64,000 bases of DNA, taken from IMG/VR virus record IMGVR_UViG_3300021400_000789; one strand, written 5' to 3'. Under the pieces are notes generated by a model that ran no database searches, was not told where the DNA came from, and saw nothing but the letters and a program-made list of their open reading frames with translations. This document shows, piece by piece, positions 18,296-27,003 of this stretch; the stretch's first letter is position 1, and each line of letters begins with the position of its first letter. The translations under genes were made by a program, and so were the position numbers. Origin of the DNA: an uncultured virus (IMG/VR IMGVR_UViG_3300021400_000789). Taxonomy: Duplodnaviria > Heunggongvirae > Uroviricota > Caudoviricetes.

Positions 18296-18338
18296 GAGAA
18301 CAGAGGAAATAGGCAGTCAAAATAGAAAGGAAACCACA

Positions 18339-18749
18339 ATGATCGGCATTGATAACCTTTACAGTATCATAGGCAACAGGGATGACGAGATTGACCGTAT
18401 ATATAAGGAAGCTGAACGAAAGATCCGGGAAGCAGCTAAGGAGATGAGCACGGAAGCGATCATCGAAGCCCTGATCAAGATCAATGATTACGATGATGAG
18501 GACATCGGGAACCTGCTCCAGGACGAGCTGGAAGCCAGGGACAAGGAAGCGTTCGACGCGTGGCACGATGAGCAGTGCCCGCCGGTGTGGGAGCATCTCC
18601 AGGATTTCTTCCTTAATAAAGGAACTGCTTCCGGAGTCCCGGGCGGACGCTACTGGGAGCCGGAAGACGATCGGACAGACGAGGAACTGATGGCGGCAGC
18701 CGAGGAAAACGGCTACAACTACGAGGGTACAGAGATCCCGTTCGAATAA
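18339..18749 (+). CDS. Acidic hypothetical early protein
   Basis: GAAAGGA RBS; first gene after the promoter. Confidence 0.7.
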   Translation: MIGIDNLYSIIGNRDDEIDRIYKEAERKIREAAKEMSTEAIIEALIKINDYDDEDIGNLLQDELEARDKEAFDAWHDEQCPPVWEHLQDFFLNKGTASGVPGGRYWEPEDDRTDEELMAAAEENGYNYEGTEIPFE

Positions 18750-18762
18750 GGAGGCAAAGGGC

Positions 18763-18951
18763 ATGGCAAGACCAGAGAGAAAGGACTACTACACGGTGGT
18801 CAGGTACAGGAACACGGAAACCGATTGGAGAGTTGACGTGGAGAACGTGGAAACGATCTACGCAACATGGACGGAAGCCGTCAGGCTGGCAAAGGCAAAG
18901 TACACAGTCAGGGGCACAAGCAAGAGACACGGAGAGATCCGGGTAGTATAA
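18763..18951 (+). CDS. Small hypothetical protein
   Basis: AAGGAGG RBS; tight gene packing. Confidence 0.6.
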   Translation: MARPERKDYYTVVRYRNTETDWRVDVENVETIYATWTEAVRLAKAKYTVRGTSKRHGEIRVV

Positions 18952-18965
18952 AGGAGGACAAGGAC

Positions 18966-19196
18966 ATGACACTGACATTGGAAGAGAAGAGGACCGTGCG
19001 TGCGGTATTCGGTGAGCTGCTCCGGAAGCCGTACGGTGAGCTGAACAGCTATCTCGGATCGGTGACGATCAAGGAGATGCGAAGGCTGTACAACAAGCTG
19101 AGCTATGAGGACTACTGCGAAGAGCGCGGTATCCGCTATGAGGACATGACGGAAGAGGACTTCATCGATGCGCATCTGAGAGAGAACGAGTGCTGA
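18966..19196 (+). CDS. Hypothetical protein
   Basis: AAGGAGG RBS. Confidence 0.65.
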   Translation: MTLTLEEKRTVRAVFGELLRKPYGELNSYLGSVTIKEMRRLYNKLSYEDYCEERGIRYEDMTEEDFIDAHLRENEC

Positions 19197-19207
19197 AAGG
19201 AGGGTAC

Positions 19208-19585
19208 ATGACATATAAGGAGATTCAGGACGAGGTCGTGGAGAAGTACCGCATCAAACTCTGCCCCTGCTCAAAGTGCAGTGGACGGATGCACGCACAC
19301 GTACGAGAGCGCAAGGTGTGCAAGTGGATTCAGAGGAACAGCGCGAACGCCACATTTGACCTTCTCCATGAAATCGGGCACATTGAGACAACGACGTCTT
19401 CGATGCGGCGCTGTGAATCGGAATACGCCGCCACCCGCTGGGCGCTGGACAGGTGCAGAGAGTATGGCATCGAAGTTCCGGAAAAGCAGTTGAAGCGGTA
19501 TCAGGAGTACATCCTGCGTGAGCGTGACAGAGGTATCCGCCGCGGAGGCAGAGGGCTCCCGAGTGAAAAAGAACTTACACTGTAA
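19208..19585 (+). CDS. HExxH-motif protein (possible ImmA/IrrE-like metallopeptidase)
   Basis: LLHEIGHI...ESEYAA. Confidence 0.55.
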   Translation: MTYKEIQDEVVEKYRIKLCPCSKCSGRMHAHVRERKVCKWIQRNSANATFDLLHEIGHIETTTSSMRRCESEYAATRWALDRCREYGIEVPEKQLKRYQEYILRERDRGIRRGGRGLPSEKELTL

Positions 19586-19632
19586 AATATCCCGCACCCG
19601 GCCGGGTCAAGCCGGGCAGAAAGGAGTATCCA

Positions 19633-19947
19633 ATGAGGCTGAACTACTACAGATTCCCGGATGATGCTCCGGTTTCCGTGATGGTTGCCGAGGGTTGCGA
19701 AGGCATACGCGATGATGGTCGGACAGTGAACTACTGGCAGGCCGAAGATATCACAGATTGGACAGGCATCACGGTTGATGACAGGACGCTCGGCGGCCTC
19801 AAGGTTAGCGCGGCGAAGGAACTGCTCAAGCAGTATGGAGGCATCGCATGGACGGAGCACTGCGAGCGTGACGGTGGCTGCTTCGAGGTCACCGAGATCA
19901 AGCTGAAAGGCAATAACAGCCGGTTCAAGTATAACCACCATCTTTAA
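19633..19947 (+). CDS. Hypothetical protein
   Basis: Follows the variant repeat/RBS. Confidence 0.7.
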   Translation: MRLNYYRFPDDAPVSVMVAEGCEGIRDDGRTVNYWQAEDITDWTGITVDDRTLGGLKVSAAKELLKQYGGIAWTEHCERDGGCFEVTEIKLKGNNSRFKYNHHL

Positions 19948-19991
19948 CCACATCCCGCCCCGGAGGTCACGAGGGCATAGGAGGATTTTAC

Positions 19992-20279
19992 ATGGACGTA
20001 TTAAGAACATGGGTTGATAAAGATAGCAGACAGGAACGCGCAAAACTTTATCGAAACATTGACCCGGAAAGCATCTGCATAGTGGGGCATACTATCTATT
20101 TTGCACACGTCGGGTGCCACAAAAATGGAATTACTACAACGAGTGAACACTATCGAATTGAACTTACTGACTGTCCTTTTTTTGTAACCGATCCAGAGGT
20201 GATAAAGCAGGAAATGAAGCGCTTTAATTTTACTGGTGATTTGGGATATTACAATCAGACTGCAGAACTGAAAAAATGA
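19992..20279 (+). CDS. Hypothetical protein, AT-richer, bracketed by two repeat copies
   Basis: AGGAGG RBS lies within the repeat. Confidence 0.7.
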   Translation: MDVLRTWVDKDSRQERAKLYRNIDPESICIVGHTIYFAHVGCHKNGITTTSEHYRIELTDCPFFVTDPEVIKQEMKRFNFTGDLGYYNQTAELKK

Positions 20280-20321
20280 CAAAAACCCGCCCCGGAGGTC
20301 ACGAGGGTAGAAAGGAGACAT

Positions 20322-20681
20322 ATGACAGACATTGGAAGGATTTGCCCGATATGCGGGAACACATATACAGCACGGCCGGCAATCTCGAGGGCTGACAACG
20401 AGACGGAGATCTGTCCCGAATGCGGGACGCGCGAAGCCCTGGCCGTGTGGAAGATCGCCAGGATGGTGAGGAAGAGCTTCGTTCCTATTCCCGGACACAC
20501 CTACTGCAATGAAGGCGGCGGGTCTTACAAGTGCCTCTCCGTCAGTCCTTTGACCGGAGACGCGCGCATGAGGAACGTGATTTCCGGGTGGACATTCGAT
20601 GCGCATGGCGTCGGCATCTACCCGAACGGCTCGATAGATTGGGACTGGTCAAAGAACGGCTGTTTTGAGGAAGGAGAGTAA
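20322..20681 (+). CDS. Zn-ribbon protein (CPICG..ISR..ICPECG)
   Basis: N-terminus is paralogous to 59286-59531. Confidence 0.7.
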   Translation: MTDIGRICPICGNTYTARPAISRADNETEICPECGTREALAVWKIARMVRKSFVPIPGHTYCNEGGGSYKCLSVSPLTGDARMRNVISGWTFDAHGVGIYPNGSIDWDWSKNGCFEEGE

Positions 20682-20682
20682 G

Positions 20683-21057
20683 ATGACCAATCATGTTATG
20701 AAGTACTGGACCAATATCCGTGGTGAGCGTGTGCAGCGTACCATCTATGAGTATCCGTACAGCTATGATGCTTTCGTGTTGTTCAAGGATCCGGAATGGA
20801 GCGAACATGACAAGGCAGATTATTCAGACCGTCTCCGGGAATGGGACCGCGTAAAATTCAACGAATGCTGCATGGAGGTGTGGGGGAACACTGGACATGG
20901 ATTCGCCAGACGGAGTGCTGCGAATGTTGAAAAATTCCTTCAGCTGTACTATGGCGACGATCAGCTGAGGCTTACAGGGATAGAGCAGGAGTGCAATGTT
21001 TCGAGCGGATATCCGTACTGGATATTCTATTACAAGAGCGGGGATGAACTGAAATGA
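20683..21057 (+). CDS. Hypothetical protein
   Basis: AAGGAG RBS; overlaps the next gene (ATGA). Confidence 0.7.
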   Translation: MTNHVMKYWTNIRGERVQRTIYEYPYSYDAFVLFKDPEWSEHDKADYSDRLREWDRVKFNECCMEVWGNTGHGFARRSAANVEKFLQLYYGDDQLRLTGIEQECNVSSGYPYWIFYYKSGDELK

Positions 21058-21755
21058 CGAAAGTAGCTAGGACGGAAGATGTCAGGAGGAACAAGGCAAA
21101 GAACCTTCGGTATAAGAAGGCTGCGGTCTCCGGTCTGACGCTGTGGAAGATCCGCGAGAAGCTTGGCGAGATCACAGAGGCCTGTGATGAAGTCGTCTAC
21201 TGGATGGACAGCGATGATCAGACGCTCGTCGATGCCCTTGACGGTGACTATGAAGAGGCCGAGAGGTTCAAGGCGGATTTCGCGGTGCTGTCAGCTGATG
21301 CCGACAGGATGAATGAAGACATGTACGAAGTCTGGGAGCCGGAACGGTTCGACGACATTCTGGTCGTCAGCGGGATCGGAAATCAGAGAGGCGAGACACT
21401 GATGGGATATGATACCTATGAATGCGATTACTATGGTATCGATCCGTTCCTTGGCGGATGGGCGGAGAAGGAAAGCACGAAGAGGCTCGAGCGCCTTACG
21501 AAAAGGGAACTGCTTGAGCAGATGGCGCAGACCGTCTCGATCACGTTCGCGTTCCTCGGAATCCAGAGCCGGTACCAGGACCTGAAGGCAGCGATGGATA
21601 TCCTACGCGCCCAGAACAAGGAGTATCTGGATTCTGTCAAACTGCTGAACGAACTGCACGCGCAGCTCTGGGACGAATGGGGGCACATGGATTACAAGGT
21701 CGAGCGACAGATGGACGCGATCATTCAGCGGATGCCTCAGGAAGCCTTCTTATAA
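21054..21755 (+). CDS. Hypothetical phage protein
   Basis: 233 aa, translationally coupled to the previous gene. Confidence 0.75.
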   Translation: MTKVARTEDVRRNKAKNLRYKKAAVSGLTLWKIREKLGEITEACDEVVYWMDSDDQTLVDALDGDYEEAERFKADFAVLSADADRMNEDMYEVWEPERFDDILVVSGIGNQRGETLMGYDTYECDYYGIDPFLGGWAEKESTKRLERLTKRELLEQMAQTVSITFAFLGIQSRYQDLKAAMDILRAQNKEYLDSVKLLNELHAQLWDEWGHMDYKVERQMDAIIQRMPQEAFL

Positions 21756-21840
21756 TGGAAGGAACTTTAAGTTGCCCTTGCAATCATGTCCGGTGGTGGG
21801 TTACAATGTGTCCCGCAGTAGCATCCGGGCACAGTATTTT

Positions 21841-22127
21841 TGATACTGTTGTGATACCGCCGAAAATCGCGGTTTGATACCAGAATGATACTGACATTCT
21901 CCAGGACTCAAAACAGGAGGGTTAAAAACCTTGGATAATAAGGGAAAATCTGGACAGAAAACCACCCAAAAAACACAGAAAATGGACCGGATAATCCGCA
22001 CCGAATAATCACCAAAAACCCGGGAATGCCGTATTTATGCGGCTTCCCGGGTTTTTTTATTTGTCTTTGATACTATTTTGATACCAAGAATGATAATTCC
22101 TGCCTCAAAAAGCCCTTTTTTTGATAC
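21841..22127. other. Probable attP region with arm-type integrase sites
   Basis: TGATAC at 21841/21852, 21875/21886, 22068/22079 (11-bp spaced pairs) and 22122, immediately downstream of the integrase. Confidence 0.65.
22014..22058. terminator. Bidirectional terminator
   Basis: AAAAACCCGGGAA...TTCCCGGGTTTTT inverted repeat. Confidence 0.75.
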
Positions 22128-22149
22128 TATTGCAGCCAAAAACTGCGTT

Positions 22150-23256
22150 TCAGGGCTCCCCGGGCACATCCTCGTTGATGCTGTTGATCTGCTCGTCAAG
22201 GCGCTTCGCGAGCTCGATGTCACGTCCTGCGTACAGGTGTGAATATGTCTTCATCGTGGTCGTCGCGTTCTTGTGACCGACCCTGTCGGCGATCTGTTTC
22301 ACGTTGAACCCCATATCGATGAGCATGGACACATGCGAGTGACGGATGTCGTGGATCCGGATCGGCGGGAGCTGGGCCCTCGAAGTGCAGTTCCGGAACT
22401 CGTTCCACAGCCCTGCCCTCTTGAAATAGAATATCCTCTGGTCCGGAGCGCAGTCAATATCCTTTACGTACTGCTTGAGCTCTTCGTATACGGATTTCGG
22501 GAGCGTGACGATGCGCCGGCCGGACTCCGTCTTCGGCGTGAGGATGATGTCCTTCCCCTCGACGTTCGCGAAGTTCTTGTAGATGTCAAGCGCGTATGTC
22601 TTGTCTATGAGATCCCTCGGCGTGAGAGCCAGGAGCTCCCCTTCCCTAAGACCGGAATAGAACAGGACGTTGAACGCCACGTGATACGGCCTCTTGTCCT
22701 CATGGGCAAGGTATATCTCGAACTGGTCCTTTGTCCATATCTTCATCTCTTCGGCCTCGTACTTCCCCATCGGCCCGACGAGCCGGCAGGGGTTCATGGT
22801 GAGCCCGTAATACTTCATGCAGAAGGTCATGACGTTCGACAGCTCCCTGTGCATGCTCGCAAGGTACGTGTCCTTGAAAGGCTTGCCGTTGGCGTCCCTG
22901 TACTGGATCATCTCGTTCTGCCAGGCACGGATCGTGTTCGCATCGATATCGCATATCCTCATCTCGCCGAAATACGGCACGAACTTCGAGTTGATCAGCG
23001 CTTTCTTGAATCTCATCGTCGTCGGCTTCAGCCTGAGAGCGCAGTCGGCCTCATAGTCCTGTATCATGTACTTGAACTCTATCGTCGGCTTCTTGCCCTG
23101 CCCATTGATGAAGTCCCTCTCGAATTCGAGGGCTTCCCTTCTCGTCGCGAACCCTCTCTTTGTTGTCCGTTTCTTTTCCCCCTTCCAGTTGGTATAGTAG
23201 AAGCTGGCATACCAAAGCGTCTTGCCTGCAGTGTTCTGGTACTTGTAAGCGGGCAT
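22150..23256 (-). CDS. int: Phage integrase (tyrosine recombinase with arm-binding N-domain)
   Basis: WYASFYYTNWKG..KRGF, GLREGE, TPKT, HDIRH, VGH and TMKTY. Confidence 0.92.
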   Translation of the reverse strand: MPAYKYQNTAGKTLWYASFYYTNWKGEKKRTTKRGFATRREALEFERDFINGQGKKPTIEFKYMIQDYEADCALRLKPTTMRFKKALINSKFVPYFGEMRICDIDANTIRAWQNEMIQYRDANGKPFKDTYLASMHRELSNVMTFCMKYYGLTMNPCRLVGPMGKYEAEEMKIWTKDQFEIYLAHEDKRPYHVAFNVLFYSGLREGELLALTPRDLIDKTYALDIYKNFANVEGKDIILTPKTESGRRIVTLPKSVYEELKQYVKDIDCAPDQRIFYFKRAGLWNEFRNCTSRAQLPPIRIHDIRHSHVSMLIDMGFNVKQIADRVGHKNATTTMKTYSHLYAGRDIELAKRLDEQINSINEDVPGEP

Positions 23257-23272
23257 AACTACCTCTGTCATT

Positions 23273-23623
23273 CTATTGCTCTTTCGCTTCCCTCCTTTGC
23301 GCCAGGAGGGCTTTTTTCAGCTCTCCCATAACAACGTCCCTGTAATCCTCTGAAAGTTCCCTGTAGGCCTTTACGAGCTTCAGTTCATCATCGCTCAGCG
23401 TGAGCAGGTCGACGGCTGCCTGTGACGGTGAATCCAGCAGGTAGTCTGTGGACACCCGGAAGAATTGGGCGAGTTTCGATGCCTGCTCGATCGTGAGTTC
23501 CGTATATCCCCGCTCAAGGTTCGAAATGACCTGCCCTGAAAGCCCCACACGCGACGCGAGTTCCTTCTGGCTGAGCTGCCTGTCGGTGCGGAGGTTCCGC
23601 AGCCGTTTTCCCATCTCGTTCAT
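23273..23623 (-). CDS. XRE-family HTH regulator
   Basis: LSQKELASRVG..ISNLERG..FFRVSTDYLL. Confidence 0.85.
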   Translation of the reverse strand: MNEMGKRLRNLRTDRQLSQKELASRVGLSGQVISNLERGYTELTIEQASKLAQFFRVSTDYLLDSPSQAAVDLLTLSDDELKLVKAYRELSEDYRDVVMGELKKALLAQRREAKEQ

Positions 23624-23641
23624 GATTTACCTCTCTGCCCC

Positions 23642-23950
23642 TCAGCTGACCATCTCCATGCACCTGAGGAATCCCCTGGCCTCGCCATACAGCTCCGCCC
23701 TGTAAACCGACGGGAGCCGTTCGAGTGTTGACATTAGTCCTAATATATCTGGATCAAGTGAAGAGCCGCCACGAACCGGCACAAGCCCGTCAAAGGATAT
23801 CCCGGTTCCGTTGTCATGGATTTGCACATTGAATAGTTTCATAAGGATATCCAGCTTTTCGTCGGATATCCCTTCAAGTTCCTGATCGGCTGCCTGACGC
23901 AGGGCTGCCGACAAATACGTCCGGATAAGGTCCTTTTGCACCTTGGTCAT
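23642..23950 (-). CDS. Hypothetical protein
   Basis: GAGGT RBS; in the lysogeny operon. Confidence 0.6.
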   Translation of the reverse strand: MTKVQKDLIRTYLSAALRQAADQELEGISDEKLDILMKLFNVQIHDNGTGISFDGLVPVRGGSSLDPDILGLMSTLERLPSVYRAELYGEARGFLRCMEMVS

Positions 23951-23965
23951 GTTTACCTCATTTCA

Positions 23966-24781
23966 TTATCCCAAAAGAGACGGCAGTATCCACAGGTTGT
24001 CGGAATACTCGCCGATCTGGTTGTCCGCGATGTTCTCAGCCTTGACTGCATCGATGGTAGCCTTAGGCACGTCGAAGGAGATGACCTTCCCCTCATCGCC
24101 GCTCTGCATGTCAGCGACCGCCCAATACTGGATCTCCGTGAAGATATCACCGTGCTGGTTCTTGATGATGTCCGCAACGTTGAAGTAGTTCTGCTCGATC
24201 GTGAGGTTGTTCGTCAGGCTCGGCTCTATCTTTGCCTTGACCACCAGCATTGTCCCATTGATGTACGCTTCGACAAATTTGCCATGCTTGATCTCAATGG
24301 CATCCTTGTCGTAATTGTAGAGACTGCCCGTCCCGCCATACAGGTAGATGTCACGGACGTTCTCATATGTGAGCCCATGCGCTTCCGCCACCTGGCTGAT
24401 CAGCGCGTCCTCCGCAGCCCTGACCTTCTCGCCGTCCGTCTCGGTGGCGAGGTCTCCGTTCAGGTATGCGTCGTTCATCAGGTCGTTGATCTCGTTATAA
24501 ACGACGCGCATCTCTGCCGGATCCGCGATCCCCTTCAGCGGGTTCCCGTCCGGGAGCGCATCCGGATCCGCGGCTTCTTCCACAACGGATTCTTGTACGG
24601 ATTCCTCTGATACAACAGATTCTTGTGTGACGGACTCTTCCACAACTGATTCCACAACTGATTCCTCAACTGCGGATTCAACTGCCGGCTCCTCCGCCGG
24701 TTTCGTAGATTCTTTTGCGCCGCCGCATGCGGACAGCGCGAGTGTCGCCCCGATCAGGAGCGCGACCAGGTTTCTTTTCAT
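23966..24781 (-). CDS. Lipoprotein with acidic V-E-E-S repeats (candidate superinfection exclusion)
   Basis: MKRNLVALLIGATLALSAC lipobox; AAGGAGG RBS. Confidence 0.75.
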   Translation of the reverse strand: MKRNLVALLIGATLALSACGGAKESTKPAEEPAVESAVEESVVESVVEESVTQESVVSEESVQESVVEEAADPDALPDGNPLKGIADPAEMRVVYNEINDLMNDAYLNGDLATETDGEKVRAAEDALISQVAEAHGLTYENVRDIYLYGGTGSLYNYDKDAIEIKHGKFVEAYINGTMLVVKAKIEPSLTNNLTIEQNYFNVADIIKNQHGDIFTEIQYWAVADMQSGDEGKVISFDVPKATIDAVKAENIADNQIGEYSDNLWILPSLLG

Positions 24782-24836
24782 ATATCCCTCCTTAAATAAA
24801 ATCAAACCTGATCCCTTCGGTACCACTCGAAGGGCA

Positions 24837-25217
24837 TTATTTTGCCTGTTTCTTTTCATTGTGCAGACCGTAAGTATGCTGCATTTCCTCAGCCCGTCCT
24901 ATGAGACGCAGCTTTCCTTCACCGGTGAGATTGTGGAACAGCTTCAGCAGCTCCTGATCGCGTTGATCGGATGCGAAATGATGCCGCTCTTCCTCGTTCC
25001 CCGTCAGCAGGTATTCGCAGGAGATTCCCAAAAATTCGCAAATGGGGATGATGTAGTCCGGAGAAATATCCCGGTTCTTCGTCCGCCAGTTGCTTATGGT
25101 GCTTTCCGGTATCCCTGTGGCGCGCGATAGCGCCTTGGCTGTCTTCCCGCTTTCCTTCAATGTGGTGAATAGGCGGGCCGTAATTGTAGATCTGCTCGAA
25201 TCATTACCCGTATTCAT
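24837..25217 (-). CDS. CI-like repressor (HTH)
   Basis: ALSRATGIPESTISNW..ICEFLGISCEYLLTG; divergent from the cro-like gene. Confidence 0.8.
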   Translation of the reverse strand: MNTGNDSSRSTITARLFTTLKESGKTAKALSRATGIPESTISNWRTKNRDISPDYIIPICEFLGISCEYLLTGNEEERHHFASDQRDQELLKLFHNLTGEGKLRLIGRAEEMQHTYGLHNEKKQAK

Positions 25218-25297
25218 AGGCTGTCACCGAATCTCCAAATAAAAATTCGCAAATGGGTATTTTATATGTTGACAAATTCGTAAATGGGGATTATATT
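25032..25297. promoter_or_regulatory. Rightward lytic promoter and three operator-like 15-mers AAATTCGYAAATGGG (25032, 25243, 25274)
   Basis: TTGACA at 25269, TATATT 17 nt later; the third repeat overlaps the spacer. Confidence 0.7.
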
Positions 25298-25459
25298 ATA
25301 AATGTACTTTAAAAATGTAAGATACAGAGTGCAAAAATAAGGCGGCTGCAACCGCCCGGGCCTTATCCGATTGGCGTCTGAAAGGCTATGACACTCTTGT
25401 ATTATACAACCGCTGTTACCATTTTACAAATGTAAACAGCCACGATTGGAGGTGATGAG

Positions 25460-25672
25460 GTGCAGGAAAACAGTCGTCCGCTCCCTCGCTGGTGCAAGGA
25501 CGTCAAGATACAGATGATCGAGAAAGACATGAAGGTGAATGACCTTGCAGACGCTGCCGGGCTTTCGAGGGTCTATGTCTCCGAAATCATCTGTGGCCGG
25601 AGGATCGCTCCCGAAGCAGCGGGAAAGATCTCCGAAATCCTGGGAGTGGATACTCCCTATTTGGTTCCATAA
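25460..25672 (+). CDS. Cro-like HTH protein
   Basis: VNDLADAAGLSRVYVSEIICG; GGAGGTG RBS. Confidence 0.8.
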   Translation: MQENSRPLPRWCKDVKIQMIEKDMKVNDLADAAGLSRVYVSEIICGRRIAPEAAGKISEILGVDTPYLVP

Positions 25673-25699
25673 GTAAATTATACCAGAGGAGGATAAAAG

Positions 25700-26185
25700 A
25701 TGGTGCGTGAATCGCACACGAAATGCGGCCAGAATGTGTTCATTTCAGCACGTGAGGAAGCCGCAAAAAGGAACGAGAGGTTCTCGAACAAGACCAGCGC
25801 GGCCGAAGCCCTTGGAATGGACCGGTCGAGGCTATCACGGATCGAGCTCGGCGTCATCAACCCGTACCCGGAAGAAGTGCTGCTGATGTCGGCGGAATAC
25901 CACTGTCCGGAACTCAGGGCGCATTACTGCAGGAACATCTGCCCGCTAGGGAAGAACGTTCCGCAGCCGGACGCGAACAGCATTGACCGTATCACGGTCA
26001 GGGCGATGAGCAAGATCGAAAAGCTGAAAGAAGCGAAGGACATCCTGCTCGATATCACGGAAGACGGTATCATCGAGGAATCGGAAGTCCCGGAGCTGAC
26101 CAAAGTGCTTGACGCACTTGACGAGGTTGCAAAGGTTGCAGCCGACCTGCGGATGTGGGTCGAGAAGAATATAGCAACAGAATAG
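25700..26185 (+). CDS. HTH phage regulatory protein
   Basis: AAEALGMDRSRLSRIELG..YC..ICPLG..DGII. Confidence 0.75.
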   Translation: MVRESHTKCGQNVFISAREEAAKRNERFSNKTSAAEALGMDRSRLSRIELGVINPYPEEVLLMSAEYHCPELRAHYCRNICPLGKNVPQPDANSIDRITVRAMSKIEKLKEAKDILLDITEDGIIEESEVPELTKVLDALDEVAKVAADLRMWVEKNIATE

Positions 26186-26196
26186 GAGGCACACAA

Positions 26197-26406
26197 ATGG
26201 GTTGCACGGTATACAAGGACAGGGAAGTCCGTTCCTACTACAAAGCGGAAGACATCATGGATATGCTTGACGTCAGCAGGAGCAAGGCTTACTCCATGAT
26301 CCGGGATATGCGTGCGGAACTGCTGGCACTCGGGAGGATATCTAACTGCTATCCATCCGGGCGGATCCCGAAGAAATACTTTGACGAAAGGTGCCTCATC
26401 GAATAA
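26197..26406 (+). CDS. Excisionase-like HTH protein
   Basis: AEDIMDMLDVSRSKAYSMIR..GRIPKKYF. Confidence 0.7.
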   Translation: MGCTVYKDREVRSYYKAEDIMDMLDVSRSKAYSMIRDMRAELLALGRISNCYPSGRIPKKYFDERCLIE

Positions 26407-26421
26407 GAAGGAGGCGAGAAG

Positions 26422-26580
26422 ATGTATTTCGTGGAATGCCCGGGATGCGGAGCACACCTTGACCCGGGTGAGAAGTGCGAGGAATGCCAGGAAAGAGAGC
26501 AGGAGCTCGCACGGAAGGCCGCAGAGATGGCGAGGATATTCATCACCGAGAGCACCAGCCAGATGCGTCTGGCAATCTGA
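26422..26580 (+). CDS. Small Zn-finger protein (CPGCGAHLDPGEKC)
   Basis: Manual translation; AAGGAGG RBS. Confidence 0.7.
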   Translation: MYFVECPGCGAHLDPGEKCEECQEREQELARKAAEMARIFITESTSQMRLAI

Positions 26581-26590
26581 GGGAGGTGTC

Positions 26591-26872
26591 ATGAGCAAGG
26601 TAAGAGCAAGATACTTGGAACAGAGGAAGCGGAAGATAGAACGCTGCATCCTGTGGGCGGGAGTAGAGATCGCAAAGATGACGGTCGTCTTCCTGTCGAC
26701 CATGGCGATGTACTCCGTGCTTTCCATCATTGCCTACAGCGAGAGAGGTTACGATGCTGTGGGTGGAGAGGTCATAGCGGCAGCGCTCTTCGGTGCCTTC
26801 GTGTTCAACGGTATCAGGGAACTGGGGAACCCTTTCGGGGATCCCGCTGAAACAAAAGAAGACACCATCTGA
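26591..26872 (+). CDS. Small membrane protein
   Basis: Two hydrophobic segments flanking ERGYDAVGGE. Confidence 0.7.
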   Translation: MSKVRARYLEQRKRKIERCILWAGVEIAKMTVVFLSTMAMYSVLSIIAYSERGYDAVGGEVIAAALFGAFVFNGIRELGNPFGDPAETKEDTI

Positions 26873-27003
26873 GCCTGTTGACAGGATTGGAAAGTTTGAC
26901 GGCCTTTCCGATCCCCAGGGAACAGATGATGTCACCATGACAGCGCTAAGTGGCGCTACAACTGTATCTTAACAGATGCAGACGAAAATGAAAAGAGGTT
27001 TTT

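Larger units (their letters stand above)
15388..20317. repeat. Dispersed RBS-bearing repeat CCCGCCCCGGAGGTYACGAGGGYA(G)AAAGGA: 15388-15417 (-), 19954-19984 (+), 20286-20317 (+); variant at 19591-19626 (+)
   Basis: Direct sequence comparison; each copy ends 4-7 nt before an ATG. Confidence 0.85.

Noticed and set aside
21980..22015. tRNA 3'-end as the att core (ends in CACCA before a terminator)
   Set aside because: No T-arm (GTTCRA) precedes it, so it cannot be supported without the host sequence.
22273..23331. 352-aa plus-strand ORF
   Set aside because: Antisense shadow of the integrase.
24585..24690. Tandem repeats in the lipoprotein gene as a DNA-level element
   Set aside because: Explained by the V-E-E-S peptide repeats of a low-complexity stalk.
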